The position numbers and the translations under genes are program-made. Positions 24,801 to 37,326 of a stretch of 64,000 nt of DNA are shown piece after piece. The stretch covers positions 248,001 to 312,000 of the forward strand of contig NW_013657678.1 in assembly GCF_000142905.1 (NCBI RefSeq), in the 5' to 3' direction. Below the pieces are notes generated by a model. The model had not been told where the DNA came from and ran no database searches. It saw only the letters and a program-made list of their open reading frames with translations. The stretch is from Thecamonas trahens ATCC 50062. Its lineage: Eukaryota > Protista > Apusomonadida. Each line of letters opens with the position of its first letter. Within the stretch, counting starts at the first letter, position 1.

Positions 24801-27800
24801 GTCCGCGCCGCGGCTTGGTCGTCGCTCCGCCGCCACCCAAGCCCGACCGTCGCCCGCCACCCGCCTTGGGTTTGGTCGTCTTGTACCGCGCTTCGCCGCG
24901 CGGAGCGCGGTACCGGTCTGGCTTGGGCGGAATCGTCACAGCATGCTTGTACCCGGCGGCGTACTTGTCAAAGCACCCATGGTACGTTACCCGCTTCACA
25001 ATCCGATGCGGCTCAAAACGCGCGTACTCTTGCGCGTACCACTTGTTAAAGTTCCCCAGCAGCCGCTTCTCGAGCAGCATCGACGGCCGTGACATTGGGA
25101 TCGACGCCTCATCCGCAGGCAGCTCTGGGAGCGGCAGCGGACCGCGCCCGTGGATGGCCACGATAAAGCCCTCGTCATTGTACACGATGAGTTCTTCGTG
25201 CTGCCGCGGCGGCCGCAGATCGTCGTCCTCGCCCGGTCGCTTCTTGGTCGCTTCGCGCTCGGCCTTGACCCTCCCCACCTCGAGCGCCCGCGCCTTGCGA
25301 AACGCCTGGTAGTCGCGTTTTGACTCGGGCAGCTCAAGGTACCTGGGCCACGCCACGTCCTTGGTCACAAACTTGCCTGGCTGTGTCCCGGCGAGCCGCC
25401 CAAAGACCGAGTCGTTGACTGACCCGCCACGCTTGGTTGCTGCGTCGAGCGCGAGGTCGTACGAAGCGGCGGTGATGACCGGAAAAAGTGCACTCGGAGA
25501 GCTCGTGCCGCTCCAGCTCGCGCCGCGCCTCGGCAGCCTTGGCTGGATCGCGCGCGTACAGCGGGCGCGAAAGCAACCGGGCTTGCTCGGTCGTCTCGTC
25601 GGCCTCGGGCCCGAGTGTCACATCGACCACATACACCGTCACCGTATCGGCCATGCTCACTTCGTCAAGCACAAACGACTCTTGGAAGAACGGCCGCAGC
25701 GCGTTGTGCCGCGTTGCACTCCGCATGACTCGGCCGCTGGCATCGTGGACCACGACCACGGTTGTTGACGGCTCGCCGTACAGAATACGCGGCTGGACCG
25801 AGCCGTAGTGCACCACCATAGCCAGTTTCGAAGTCGGCGGCGTTGCGCGCCCAGCCGCCCGCGACGCCTGCGACGCGCCGGACTCGCTTGGCCGGACCGT
25901 CGATGCTGACGCCGACTTGCGCGCACGCTTTGCCTGCGGGCCCACGTACTCGACCCGGAAGGTAACCCGGGCGTCGCCGCCGTCGAGACTGCCACCGCGC
26001 AGCTCGAGCGTGTGCTCGGTGCTCCGCGAGGTGTGCGGCCGGAGCTTGGACAAGTCCAGCTTGGCCGTACCCAGCACTCGATCACTCCGCCCGCGCCGCC
26101 GGTCGGAGACCTCCAGCACCAGCTCATCACGCCACTGCGAAGTCGTGCCCGGAGCAGAGAAATTGTACACCGCGTCGTTCCACCGCGGATTCTCGGTGTT
26201 CATCACCACCGGCGTCTTGAACTCGGCCTCGCCGACAGAGACTCGCACTACCGCGTCGACGTCGTCCGACCCGAGCTTGCTCGCCTCGAGCACCGTCACG
26301 GTCAGGCTGTGGACGGGGCCCTCGCTCACGTCTGACTTACTCAAGCTCGATCTTGAGCTTGAGCTCGAGCTTGCCGACGAGCTTGACCGTGACGTCTCGT
26401 TTCCGCTCGCTGCCGCGCCGGCTGCCGCGAGGCAGGCTCGGAGGTGCAACGCGCCGGCCGAGCCCGGCCGCTTGTTGGCCGAGCCGCTCCCACTCGAGCT
26501 GCTACTCGAGCTCGAGCGGGCCACAGGATCGAGCTCGAGCCACAGCGTTTGCGGATCGGGACCGTGCGAGACCTCGTCAAGCGCAATGACACCAGTGGCA
26601 ATGAGCTTGTTCGACGTAATCGAGTTAAAGTCGTAGACCTTGACTCGGACCGTCTCCGGTCCCGATGGGTCGAGCTGCATGGCAAGCGCCGCAGTGTCGA
26701 CCTCCCACTTGGGGTTCTTCGACGCGTCGGCGATCTCCGATGAGACTGACGCGGCTGAGCCGTGCTCAAAGGTAACCATGACGTCTGGTTTGGTCCTCAG
26801 CGCACGCCCGCCAATCCGCTCGCCCTCGACCATGACCAGGGTGAGAACTTTGCGGGTAGCAGCCGAGCCCGAGCGAGGGCCAGAGCCAGGTTTGCCGGAG
26901 CTCTTCGTGCCGTGCCGGTGCCAGGCCTCGCTCGGTACGGCTGGGACCTTGAGCGCGTCGGCATCGGCGATGGCGCCGTTGGTGGCATCGACCGCACCGG
27001 TGAGGGCGGCAACGAGGCCCCGGTCGCGGCGGTCACTGTCGTCGAGCAGGTTGAGCATGACCTTGGGCGGGACAATGGTGAAGCGGACGAGGAGCGCAGG
27101 TGCCGGCTCACCGACTCGCTGAGCCTCGGGCCCAAGGACGATCGGGAGCCACATCTCGGTGAGCGCGCCGTGGCGGACCTCATCCAGTGTAAGCGTGGCC
27201 TTGCCCACCACAACCGGCCGAGTGCGAACCGACCAGTCGGTGACTTCAAACTCGACGAGGTTCCGAACACACGAGGGCCAGACGACGCGCGAGGCCCAGA
27301 CCGGCGTCCGGGTATCCTCAGCGGCCGGCGAGTAGTGGATGTGCTGAGCGCTGAGGCTGGCAGTCACCGAAGCATCCGGCGCGTCGACGTGGTTGTTAGT
27401 CGGGGGAATGTTGCGACCGCGGACGATGGTGACGTCGATGGCGTAGTGGGCCAGCGAGCGCGCCGGGAGCGGCGGCGCCGGCTCGCCGAGCTCGGTGAGA
27501 GCAAATCGGAGATGGACGTCGCCGACCGGCTTGACCGAGACGTGCGAGGTTGTGGCGTACCAAGCGTCAATCCAGGTGCCGGCACCAGCGTTGGCGACGA
27601 CATCCAGTGGGATGCGCGCCGAGCCGAGCTCGGAGACCTCGCCGTTTGCGCGATTCATGACCCGCAGGTCGAGGAGGGCGTCAACAGCGGGTGACTCGAG
27701 CATGAACGAGATGCGCTCGCCAATGAGAGGCGAAGACGCGTTCTTGACTGTCCGGCAGACGTGCGAGAAAGTGCCGTGCGCAAGGACAACCGACGAGTCG

Positions 27801-30002
27801 ACGGCGTCGCCGCTGCGGAGCCCCGACATGGACATCGACTGCGTCGACCGCCGGACAGGCGGCTTGGGAATGCGCAGGCCGCGGGCGGCGACAACATCAA
27901 CATGGACAACCTTGACCAACTCTGCGGCGCCGACCACAGCGGCCGAGACAGCCAGCGAAGCTCGCGGCAGCTTCTTGCCGGTCAGTGGAATGTGGGCCGG
28001 CGGCCGCGGCTGGAGCTTGAGCGTCTTGGGTTGGACATGCGCATCGGCAACATGGCTGAGTGGGACCCGGGCCTGCCAAGAATGAGCGCACCCGCCGGCA
28101 GGCCAAGCTGCGTGTACGCTGCGGTCGGCGGCGGTGACGCCATGAGCGACCACGCAGGTAAGCCTGAGACCAACGACGACTCGGACGACAGTGTCGACTC
28201 GCCGCCAGCCAGGAGCATGCTAGCTTCACCGTAGTGTTCCGTGTACCACTTATTGAACGCGTTGAGGAGCTTGATCTGAACGAGCGAGACTGTGCGCTCC
28301 AGAAAGGCCAGCTCGGCAATGTAGGCCTCGTACTTTGCGCTCCGCCCGTCGTCCGGCAGCTCGCGAGCCGATGGGGTCCGCGATGGCGGCGCGCCCTTGC
28401 GGACAGATCCGCCGCGGCCTGACGACTCGCGCGACGGCGCCCGATTGCTTCTTGAACCACGAGACGACCGCGACACGGCAGTGCGACGCGAGTCGTCCGA
28501 CCCGTCCGACGCCTGCTCTTCTTCCTCCTCCTGCTCCTCCAGGCTGTCGTGGTCAAAAATGCGCAGCTCGCCGTCGGCTGCTTCTTGCTGCTCGTAGCGG
28601 TCATGGGATCGGTCACGGCTCTTGCTCTTGCTCTTGCTCTTGTCCTTGCCCTTGGCGCTGTTCCGTGAGCCCGAGCGCCGTGAGCTGTCCGGCCGCGAGC
28701 TGTCCAGCCGTGAACTAGACCGATGCGAGTCACGCGGCAATTCGAGGGACGAGTCGTACTCGTTGCGCCGTGAGCTCGACCGCTCAAGCTCCCGAGATGC
28801 ACTCCGCCCATCGCGCCCATCGCGTCCGCGCCCATCACGTCCATCACGCCGCGAGCTTGACCGCGACACCTCGCGCACCCCATCGCGCCCATCACGTCCG
28901 TCACGACGCGAGCTTGACCGCGACACCTCGCGCGAGCTCCGCTTGCGGTCGGCCTCATCCTTAAACTGGACCGACGCGCCCGGGCGGAGGTGGCCAGAGA
29001 TCTTGCGGGTCGACGAGCGCGACTTGTGCGGATACTGCGGCATGAAAGAGGGCGTGGCTCGGCCGTCATCAATGTTGCGCTGACGAGCCTTCATGGCCAC
29101 AAAGGCGTAGTCGGTGGCATTGCCGTTGACGTCCATCTCCCAGCGAATTTCCTTGCGCCGCTTCTGCAGCAGGTACTGCTTCTCGCGCACCGTCTGCGCA
29201 AGCCGGTACCCGTCGCCGAGAACAAACTCTGACAAGGCTTCAGTCTTGGACGGCAAAACTTTGTCACGGAGAGCAAGGACGTCGATGCGTCGGTTGCGCA
29301 GCCGGTCCGACGCCGCAAGCACCTTGGACTGCGCCGAGATCTGCGGCTTAAACGTCAGGTGCACGTCCTGCTCCTCAAGCATTTGCTTCCGGACCTGCTC
29401 CCGCGCCCACCCCAGGCCCTGCTCTGCACGCCGCGCCCGCGCCCGCTCTGCAAGCCGCGCCGTCCGCTCTGCACGTTCCGGATCGTCGGTACCCTGCACA
29501 GCAGACGACAGCGCGTCGGCCCGCGATGCCCGCGTTCCGCGGCCATGGCCTCCATCTCTGCTCCCTGACCTGCTCCCGCCGCCAAACCAGTCATCGCAAT
29601 CCGAGTAGTAATCGCCGTATGGATCGCCGTACGGGTCTCTATAGTCGTCCCAGTCATTGACTGGCGCCTTGGTGGGCTTGTCCTTGCCTTTGTCCTTGCC
29701 CTTGTCCTTGCCCTTGTCCTTCCCCTTGTCCTTGCCCTTGTCCTTGCCCTTGCCCTTGCCCTTGTCCTTGCCCTTGTCCTTGCCCTTGTCCTTGCCCTTG
29801 TCCTTGCCCTTCCCCTTGTCCTTGTCCTTGTCCTTGTCCTTGCCCTACCAGAACACCATGTGAACCTCGCCAGAACCGCCACTCGCCCAACCGCCCTGCC
29901 CAATCCTGCGCACAACAACACCTCCCCCAATACCCCCACCAAACCTCTGCACCACGATCCCCCTACACCCCCCCCCACTTCCTTCCTTCTAACACGTACC
30001 AT
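21844..30002 (-). CDS. Giant (~2,670 aa) protein with five C2 domains, repeated (E)CTFxPxI motifs and Lys-Asp/Gly dipeptide repeats at both ends; ATG-only exon 1; frame breaks near 28050 and 25483
   Basis: ATG|GTACGT intron 29845-29999 followed by in-frame GKDKDK.... Three overlapping same-strand ORFs (27982-29499, 25334-28153, 21844-25368) share motifs. C2 starts are VHVDVVAARGL, IDVTIVRGRNI, LTLVMVEGERI, LTVTVLEASKL and LAMVVHYG. Confidence 0.65.
21847..22144 (-). repeat. Coding 6/12-nt repeat encoding KDKGK.../KDKS/KDKA at the C-terminus of the giant C2 protein
   Basis: (CTTGTCCTTGGA/GC)n on the + strand. Confidence 0.93.
29677..29844 (-). repeat. Coding repeat encoding (GKDK)n at the N-terminus of the giant C2 protein
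   Basis: (CTTGTCCTTGCC)n on the + strand. Confidence 0.93.
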
Positions 30003-30275
30003 CTTCCCACTACCCTCAGTGGGTGGACTTTAGACGAGTGTACGTATGTGTGTATGTATGGAGTTCGCCACCAGCAAGTCGCCACAACGGTAACGAGTTG
30101 AAGTGAGCCACGCAAGCTCCCTCCTCCCGCCAATCGCCAGTCACTCAACAATGCCCCCCCCCCTCCCCTCCTCCCCTCGACTCTGGCGCCTTGGAGCTGA
30201 CTCGGTGGAGGACCTCCAGGACTGCACCCGCACGAGTTGGGCACCACTTCTCACGCTATCAACACCGCCTCACAT

Positions 30276-31505
30276 ATGCACACTCCGAGCATACTGACGC
30301 TGCTGGCAGTAGGTCTGGCGGCGCGGGTGGCTCTGTTGGCTTGGGCCGAGTGGCAGGACGCCGTCTCGCCGGTCAAGTACACCGACATCGACTATGCCGT
30401 CTTTACCGATGGTGCGGCCGCAGTGGCTGCAGGCGGCTCGCCGTATGATCGCGCCACATACCGGTACACGCCGCTGCTGGCGTGGCTGCTGGTTCCTAAC
30501 GTCACATGCTTTGCCCTCTGGGGCAAGCTTGTCTTTGTCGCCGCCGACATGCTCGTCGCTTGGCTCCTTGCCGCGACACTCGCCGCCGCTGGCTGCCCGG
30601 AGCCGGCCCGCGCCCCGGCAGTCGCCGCTTGGATCCTCAATCCCATCGTCGCTGCCATCTCTACCCGCGGCTCGGCCGAGGCCCTCATAGTTCTTCCGGT
30701 CATCGCCACCGTCGCCGCACTCGCCGCCCGCCGTGACGCGCTTGCCGGCGCCCTCCTTGGCCTCGCCGTCCACGTCAAGCTCTACCCGGTTGTCTACGCC
30801 CCGGCCTTTGTCATCGCCCTCGCCCCGCCCGGCCCGCCCTCGCTCACACGCTGGGTGTGGGCAAACTCTCGCGCCTGGGTCTTTGGCCTCGCTGCTCTGG
30901 CCTCGTTTGGCGCCCTCACCGCGAGCATGTACTACCTCTACGGCGAGACTTTTCTCGATCAGGCCTTTCTTTACCACGTCCGGCGGACCGATCCACGCCA
31001 CAACTTTTCGCTTTACTTTTACCCCATGTACCTCGCTGACACTGCTGGTGCTCCCGCTCCTGATGCTGCCGCACCGGGAGCCCTCGGCCTCGCCATCCGC
31101 CTCCTCACCTCGCCGTTTGCCCCGCAAATGGCCCTCTGCGCCATCCTCGGCATGACTCTGGCCCGTATCCATCTTCCCTCGGCGCTCTTTGTCGTCACCC
31201 TCGCCTTTGTTGCCTTTAACAAGGTCATCACCTCGCAGTACTTTGTCTGGTTCTATGCCCTCCTCCCGCTCGCCACCCCTGCGTCCGATCTCTCCTGGCG
31301 CGGCTGGATCGCCGTCTTTACCACCTTTACCGCCGGCCAGGCCACCTGGCTCTCACGTGCCTATCATCTCGAGTTTGCCGCCGACCCCTCGATGTTCCCG
31401 CAGCTCTGGTGGGCCTCGGCACTCTTCCTCCTCCTCAACGCTTTCCTCATCGCGGTCATCATCCGCCACATCCGTCCGCTTTCCTCCCGAGCCAAACGCG
31501 ACTGA
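30276..31505 (+). CDS. PIGM: GPI mannosyltransferase 1 (PIG-M / Gpi14)
   Basis: VKYTDIDYAVF, GGSPYDRATYRYTPLLA, ISTRGSAE, AVHVKLYP, RTDPRHNFSLYFY and FVAFNKVITSQYFVW; multiple TM segments; basic C-terminus ending RAKRD. Confidence 0.96.
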   Translation: MHTPSILTLLAVGLAARVALLAWAEWQDAVSPVKYTDIDYAVFTDGAAAVAAGGSPYDRATYRYTPLLAWLLVPNVTCFALWGKLVFVAADMLVAWLLAATLAAAGCPEPARAPAVAAWILNPIVAAISTRGSAEALIVLPVIATVAALAARRDALAGALLGLAVHVKLYPVVYAPAFVIALAPPGPPSLTRWVWANSRAWVFGLAALASFGALTASMYYLYGETFLDQAFLYHVRRTDPRHNFSLYFYPMYLADTAGAPAPDAAAPGALGLAIRLLTSPFAPQMALCAILGMTLARIHLPSALFVVTLAFVAFNKVITSQYFVWFYALLPLATPASDLSWRGWIAVFTTFTAGQATWLSRAYHLEFAADPSMFPQLWWASALFLLLNAFLIAVIIRHIRPLSSRAKRD

Positions 31506-31537
31506 ACTTGCCGTACACCCCCTACTCCCCTTCACGC

Positions 31538-31572
31538 ACACACACACACACACTCTCTCTCTCTCTCTCTCT
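31538..31572. repeat. (CA)n(CT)n microsatellite between PIGM and CC2D2A
   Basis: cacacacacacacacactctctctctctctctctc. Confidence 0.9.
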
Positions 31573-31709
31573 CCACTATCTCTCCATTTCCTCTAACACG
31601 GCGATCAGAGCCCAGCAGCTCCTGGCGGACCACGGTCGCTGTCGTTCGCCTGATTTCGGTCGCCCCCTTCCCACTCTTGACGACACCGCTCTCGATCTCG
31701 CCCAGCGCC

Positions 31710-34700
31710 ATGAGGTACGCCCCCTCCCCACCACCACCACACCACACACATATACACACACACACACACACATACATACGCACATACACACAATATTCCT
31801 TCCCCTCCCTCCCCTCTCCTCTCCATCTTCCCCACTCCTTCTCCCCGTCCCCTCTGCCGTACACCCGTGCCCAGAACAGCCCTTGGCGCCAAACCGTCCG
31901 GCGTTGGCGCCATTTGGCACGCCACTCACAGCACCCCGCCATCTCCACCTCTAGCACGGCCTTTGAGCGCGCCAAGGAATGGCGCCGCAAGCTGGCCAGC
32001 GAGAAAGAGTTCGGAACTACAGAGCCAACGGTGCTCTCGACTGCGGTACTCAATGCCTCATCGTCGTCGGCCTTGCCTGGTCCGTCCACCTGGGCAGGCG
32101 TCTCAGCCTTCCACGTCTCCGAGGGCCTGGTCTCGGTCCCGGGCAGCTCGACGCCACCGCCCTCGGGCCGCCGTCGCCGCCGTCCGCCACCAGGCTCTGC
32201 GCGTGCCGCGCAAGCGCCCAGAACTCCTGCTACGCACACTCCTGCCGACGGTGACGTCTCAGGCTTGCTTGACGCTGACGCCGGCACTGCCGGCCAACCG
32301 TCGACCCTAGCTGCCGATCACCGCCGCCGCCGGGCTACCGCGTCAACGCCCGCAGGCGCTGTCGACGAGCCCGTGCTTGAGCCCAAAGACCGCGAGCTTG
32401 TCGAGCGCCACGAGGCTATGTACGGCCGCGCCCGAGACCAGCCGCCCCTCGGCTCACCAGGAGGCTCAAGCATCCCGCGCCGCCGCCGCCGCCCGCCGCC
32501 CGGCTCAGCCCGCCAGCCTGCCGCCGCTCCTGCCGCCGCACAGCCCGCTACAGGCGTGCCGCTGGCCCGCAACCCGGATCAGACCACCCGATTTGACCCG
32601 GCCCGCCGCTCGCCGACCGCAAAGCGGGTGCTCCAGACTCAGGCCTCCGCCGCCGCCCTCGCCGAGGGCCAGCTCTCCGGAGAGCGACTTCGGCAGCTCG
32701 CCCTGCAGCGCGGCGGCTTTACCGGTGGCATCCAGGATCCGCAGGCTGAGGCTGACGACGAGTATGCGCTCCGCCCTGCCTTTACCTTTAAGGCTCCCAT
32801 CTCTGACGACCCTGTTGTTGCCCGGCTCCGCCCGCACGTTCTCGGCACCATGTCCGACGTCGCTGCCAACGCCTCCGCTGCCCGCGGCCCGTCCGCGTCC
32901 GGCTCTGATCTCGAGGCTGCACGGCCTCCGGTATTCGACCCCGAGGCCGACGGCCTCTATGTCGGCCGCCAGCCGCAGCTGGGCAAGCGCAACTGGCAGG
33001 CCATGAAGACCCGCCTCGGCCTCGAGGACGAGCTCGCTGCCTCGGATCCCGGCGCAAAGTCGCTCACGCGCTGGCTCCGTGACGGTGAGCTCGTCGTGGA
33101 GGCCGACTTGCTCAAGGACCGTGTCGAGCGCCCGACTCACTTCCCCACAGACACCGACGTTCTTTTCCAGGTTGTGCAAACCAAGCCGGTGCCGTCGGCC
33201 CAGGGAGTCGTCCTCGAGTCGCGACCCAACTTCTTCACCCTCAACGTCGCCGTCGAGGACGTCGAGTTCCTCGACCACCCGCTCTTTCGTGAGGAGGAGC
33301 TCCTCGCCCGCGCCCTGCAGCTCATGTACGCCAAGTACGTTTCGCTCCGCGAGCGCGACCTCGTTGTCTACTGGTCTCTCCGCCTCGCTGCCCTCACCGA
33401 CGCTCTCGCCGCCGCCCTTGCCGATGCCGGCTCAGACGGCTCAGACAACGACGAGAACAAGGGCCTTGCCCTCGACACCTCGCTGGATGCCTCGTTCATG
33501 CGCCGCTCAGCCACAGGTCTCAAGGAGCTGGCCACCCGCGGCGCGAGCGCCGGAAAGGCAAGCACGCCCGGTTGGGCCCTGTCTCTCTCACACGCTCGCA
33601 GTCGTACGTCTTTCAGGTTGATCAGGCCGACCTCGAAGCCATGCATGCCGAGGACCATGCCTCTCACATCCGCAAGCTCAAGCACGACATTCGCGAGGCC
33701 CGTCGCAACCTCGACATTGTCGAGCTCGACGAGCGCGTCGTCATCTACGACATGATTCAGACCTGGACTCTGCTCAAGGCCCAGCGCGCAGACCAAGGCC
33801 TCGTCGCCACCCCTGTCCGCCTCGTCTTCCGCACCACCGCCACCAACGAGGCCGAAGACCGTGAGGCGCGCGCTCGTGAGATTGAGGACCGTGTCGCCGA
33901 AGCCGCCGATGAGGCCGAGGCTCTGCACCAGGCTCAACTCGAGGCCTACGCCGCAGCCATGGCCGAGTATGAAGCCCATTGCGCCTCGGCCGCTCAACAA
34001 GATCCGAACAACGAGGACGCAGACGCAGATGAAGACGAAGACGCTGCTGGCCCGTCGGCTGCCGCAGACGCTGGTGACGCAGCCGAAAACTCGCCACGCC
34101 CAGCTCTCGAGCCGCCGTCGCCGCCGCCGCCGCTCGACTTTGACGCCGACGCTGCACGCGCTCAGATCGAAGAACACCTGACAGCCACCAAGCGCGCACC
34201 GGGCGCTCCCATCCTTGTCCCAGTCCTCTCCCTTGACATGCCGCTCACTGCAGACGACCAAGTCTCGGCCGCCGAGGCCTCACGTCGCGCAGACCTCCGC
34301 AAGGTTGCCTGCCACATCAGACTCGTCGCCAATGAGGTCAATGTGACCGAGACCTCGTCAGCCAAGCTAGTCTGGCCTGACCGGTCTATTCCGTTTCACG
34401 AGGGCTTTGGCCTGCAGCTCTTTTCCTGGCCGCAGCTCAAGCTCCAGCTCTACTCGTCGGGACTCTTCAAGTCGCTTCTTGCCGAGACCGAGCTGAGCGT
34501 GCCTGGTGAGGCTGGTGCGCTGCAAGTGGGTGAGAACGCCGACTTTGATGCATACTACCTCGTTGCGCCGAGCGCCATGAAGACCCAGAGCTCGTCGCAC
34601 ACCACCTCGCAAGCCGTCTCGCTCCTTGCCAAGTACCTGCCGCGCAGCGCGCGACAGGCGCTCATCGGTGACGCCGATGCCGGTTCTGGCGACACCCTCT

Positions 34701-37303
34701 CCCGCCACACCGTGGCCAAGGTCCGCGTCAGGCTGGCGTGGGGCGCGTCGCCGACGTCAGACGGCCTTGCAGCCGCGCCTCGCCGCCCTCCGGGCCTTCA
34801 CCGCTTGGCGCTGCCGAACTCGATCGACGCGCTCTCGTCTTGGGCTTGCGAGCATGACATGGATCCGTCCGAGCCGCAGAACGCTGCTGTCCTCGAAGCG
34901 CTCGCCGGCGGCTCGACCGCCCTTGCCACACCGGCCAACATTGAGCGGCTCAAGAACTGGGTCCGCGACTTTGACCTCGATCCCAACGACCCGCGCAACG
35001 CCACCGTCCTTCATCTGCTCTCTGGCCTTGGAGGCACCATCAGCAATGACTCGGGGCTGGCCAGAGCCGTCGGGCCCGGCGGCTCGCCCAAGCGTGGTGC
35101 CAATGTGTTTGGCGCCCTTCGTGGTGGCGCAAGTTCCGCTGCCCAGTTCCGTACCGGCGCTGCTGCCCACAACCTAGTCCTGCCTGGGGCCTTTGCGCCC
35201 GGCCAGCGCAGGCTCGATCTTCTTGCGCTTCGCTGGCAGCGGCCTATTGCGTACTCGGGCCCGATTCCGCTGGAGGACTCGGCCATTCGGGAGGCATGGT
35301 TCGACGCCGCCAACGACTCGACTGAGGTCGTCATTGCACGCGACCAGTATGTGGCGCGCGTCCGTGAAATGACCGCCACCGCCGGCTCGCGCCGTGGCTA
35401 TGACTCACGCAGGGCGTACGACTTTGCCGAGGTTGTCGCCGAACGGCCGCCGCCAACCTTTGGCCTCGCCTTTGCAGGCATTCTCGAATGGTTCCAGCCG
35501 CGGCGCCGGTTCAAGCCGACGCGCGAGACTCGAATCGCCAAGACCGTGGCTGTCCACCGCGCCGAGCTCGTCATCAAGGTTGTTCGCGGCTACTCGATTC
35601 CCGACCGCGAGCCACTTGCAGGCGAGCTGCCGGGTGCCAACTCGCCGCTGGAGCACACCTTTGCGCTCGGTGCAGGCGCCGCCACTGGCGCGTCGACTGG
35701 CAACATAACGTTGCCCGGCAACGCGCCTGAGCCCGAGAATCAGGTCGAGCCTGTGGTCCAGATCCGGTTCCAGGACTCACTCGAGTGGACCCACAAGTCG
35801 CTCGGCGCCAATCCGGTTTGGAACGACACAATTGTGTTCGACATCACGCCGCCCGACGGCAACTTTAAGCCCGAAGTCCTTGCCACCATGCAAGACGTGG
35901 TCTACTTCAACATCTTTGACTCCAAGGTCGCGCCGTTTGAGAACTTTATGGACGAAGACGAGCTCAAGTTTATCATTCCGCGCCACAATGTGTGGCTCGG
36001 CACCTTTGGCCTTCCCTTCTCCACCATTTACTCCAACTCGCTCCTCCAGGGCCGGTTCCACGTCAACGTCCCGCTGGTCTCGCCGGGCTACGTCCGCGAG
36101 CGTGCGCCGGCATCGGTCGCTGTCGAGCACATCTCGCCGTACGCGCCGACCATGCTCGAGCTGTACATCACGACCCGGCCGGCGCTGGAACCGCCGCGGG
36201 CTGTGGCCGAAAAGTCGGTCTCGCGCGAGACACCCGAGTTTCTCGCTCATGCCCGCAAGTGGGAGAAGGCGGTTCGCGGCTCATCGTCGTTTGGCAACCG
36301 CGTCCTCGAAGTCCTCGTCGCCGATCAGTCGCGCGCCTCAGTCTTTGTCTGCCGCTACATCCGCCCGATGGCACCGCCGGCCGAGCTCACCACCGCCAGG
36401 CAGATCCTACGCTACGTCTCGCTCATTCCGTTCCTCTCTGACTCGGCGGCCTTTGCCGGCCGGCGACACGTGTGGAACACCATGGACGAGTTCTTCGAGT
36501 ACGGCGTCGGCGATGAAGAGGAGCACGCACTCCTCCTCGCCAACTACTTCCTTCATTCGGGCCTCCGCGCCTACGTCGTCCTCGGCCGTGGCATTCCCGA
36601 GGGCGAGACTGCGTACGTGCTCACCATTGGCGACGCCGGCCAGGTCCATCTTTGGAACGCTCACGCCGGCAAGGTCTACTCGGCCCACGACCCGGACATT
36701 CCGCTCCGCTCCATCGGTATGGTCTTCAACGAGCACAATCTCTGGGCAAACATTCAGGAGGAAGACGCGCCGTGGGTCATGTCGTACAACATCCACAACA
36801 CCTCGCAGTGGAAGCCGTTCTTCACCCGTGCCTTCTCACCTTCGCTCGACACAGTCCAGCCGCCGTCCATCGACTACGCGCCCGTGCTCCGTGACACCGT
36901 CGACGACGTCACCCGCCAGGTCCGCAAGGCCATCCGCGAGTCGCTCGAAAAGTGGCGTCTTGCCGAAAACCTCTCTATCCGCTTCAACTCGCAGTGCAAC
37001 CTTGCGCTTCGCGACCTGCTCGAGCGCTTTGAGCGCCACTACCAGGGCATCGAGGTTCTCCCGCCCGACGCGCACCGCGCCGAGCTCTCGCGCCTCCTCA
37101 CCACCTACGACATCACCGGCTTTCCGGTTCACATGCCGTTTACTCACGTCGACCCGTTGGTCGAGGCCGTCCGCAACACAGGTGTTCACCTCAACAAGCA
37201 CCCGCGCTCGCAGTGCGCGCTTGCTGTTTTCGTCCACCCGTACCCCAACAACGTGCTTGCTGTCTGGGTCTACGTCGCCTCGCTCACACCTCGCGATCTG
37301 TAG
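31710..37303 (+). CDS. CC2D2A: CC2D2A/MKS6 ciliary transition-zone protein, ~1,764 aa (exons 31710-31714, 31955-33557, 33617-37303)
   Basis: FLDHPLFREEELLA, WTLLKAQRADQG, DPNDPRNA, C2 domain (GANPVWNDTI), GDEEEHALLLANYF, VVLGRGIPEGETAYVLT, NLWANIQ and C-terminal VHPYPNNVLAVWVYVASL. Confidence 0.92.
33558..33616 (+). other. GC-AG spliceosomal intron (59 nt) in CC2D2A
   Basis: AAG|GCAAGC donor, CTCAC branch-like motif and TTTCAG|G acceptor. Removal joins ORF 31677-33755 to ORF 33572-37303 in phase 0. Confidence 0.75.
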
Positions 37304-37326
37304 CAGCCACGTAAAAGGGGCCCTGC

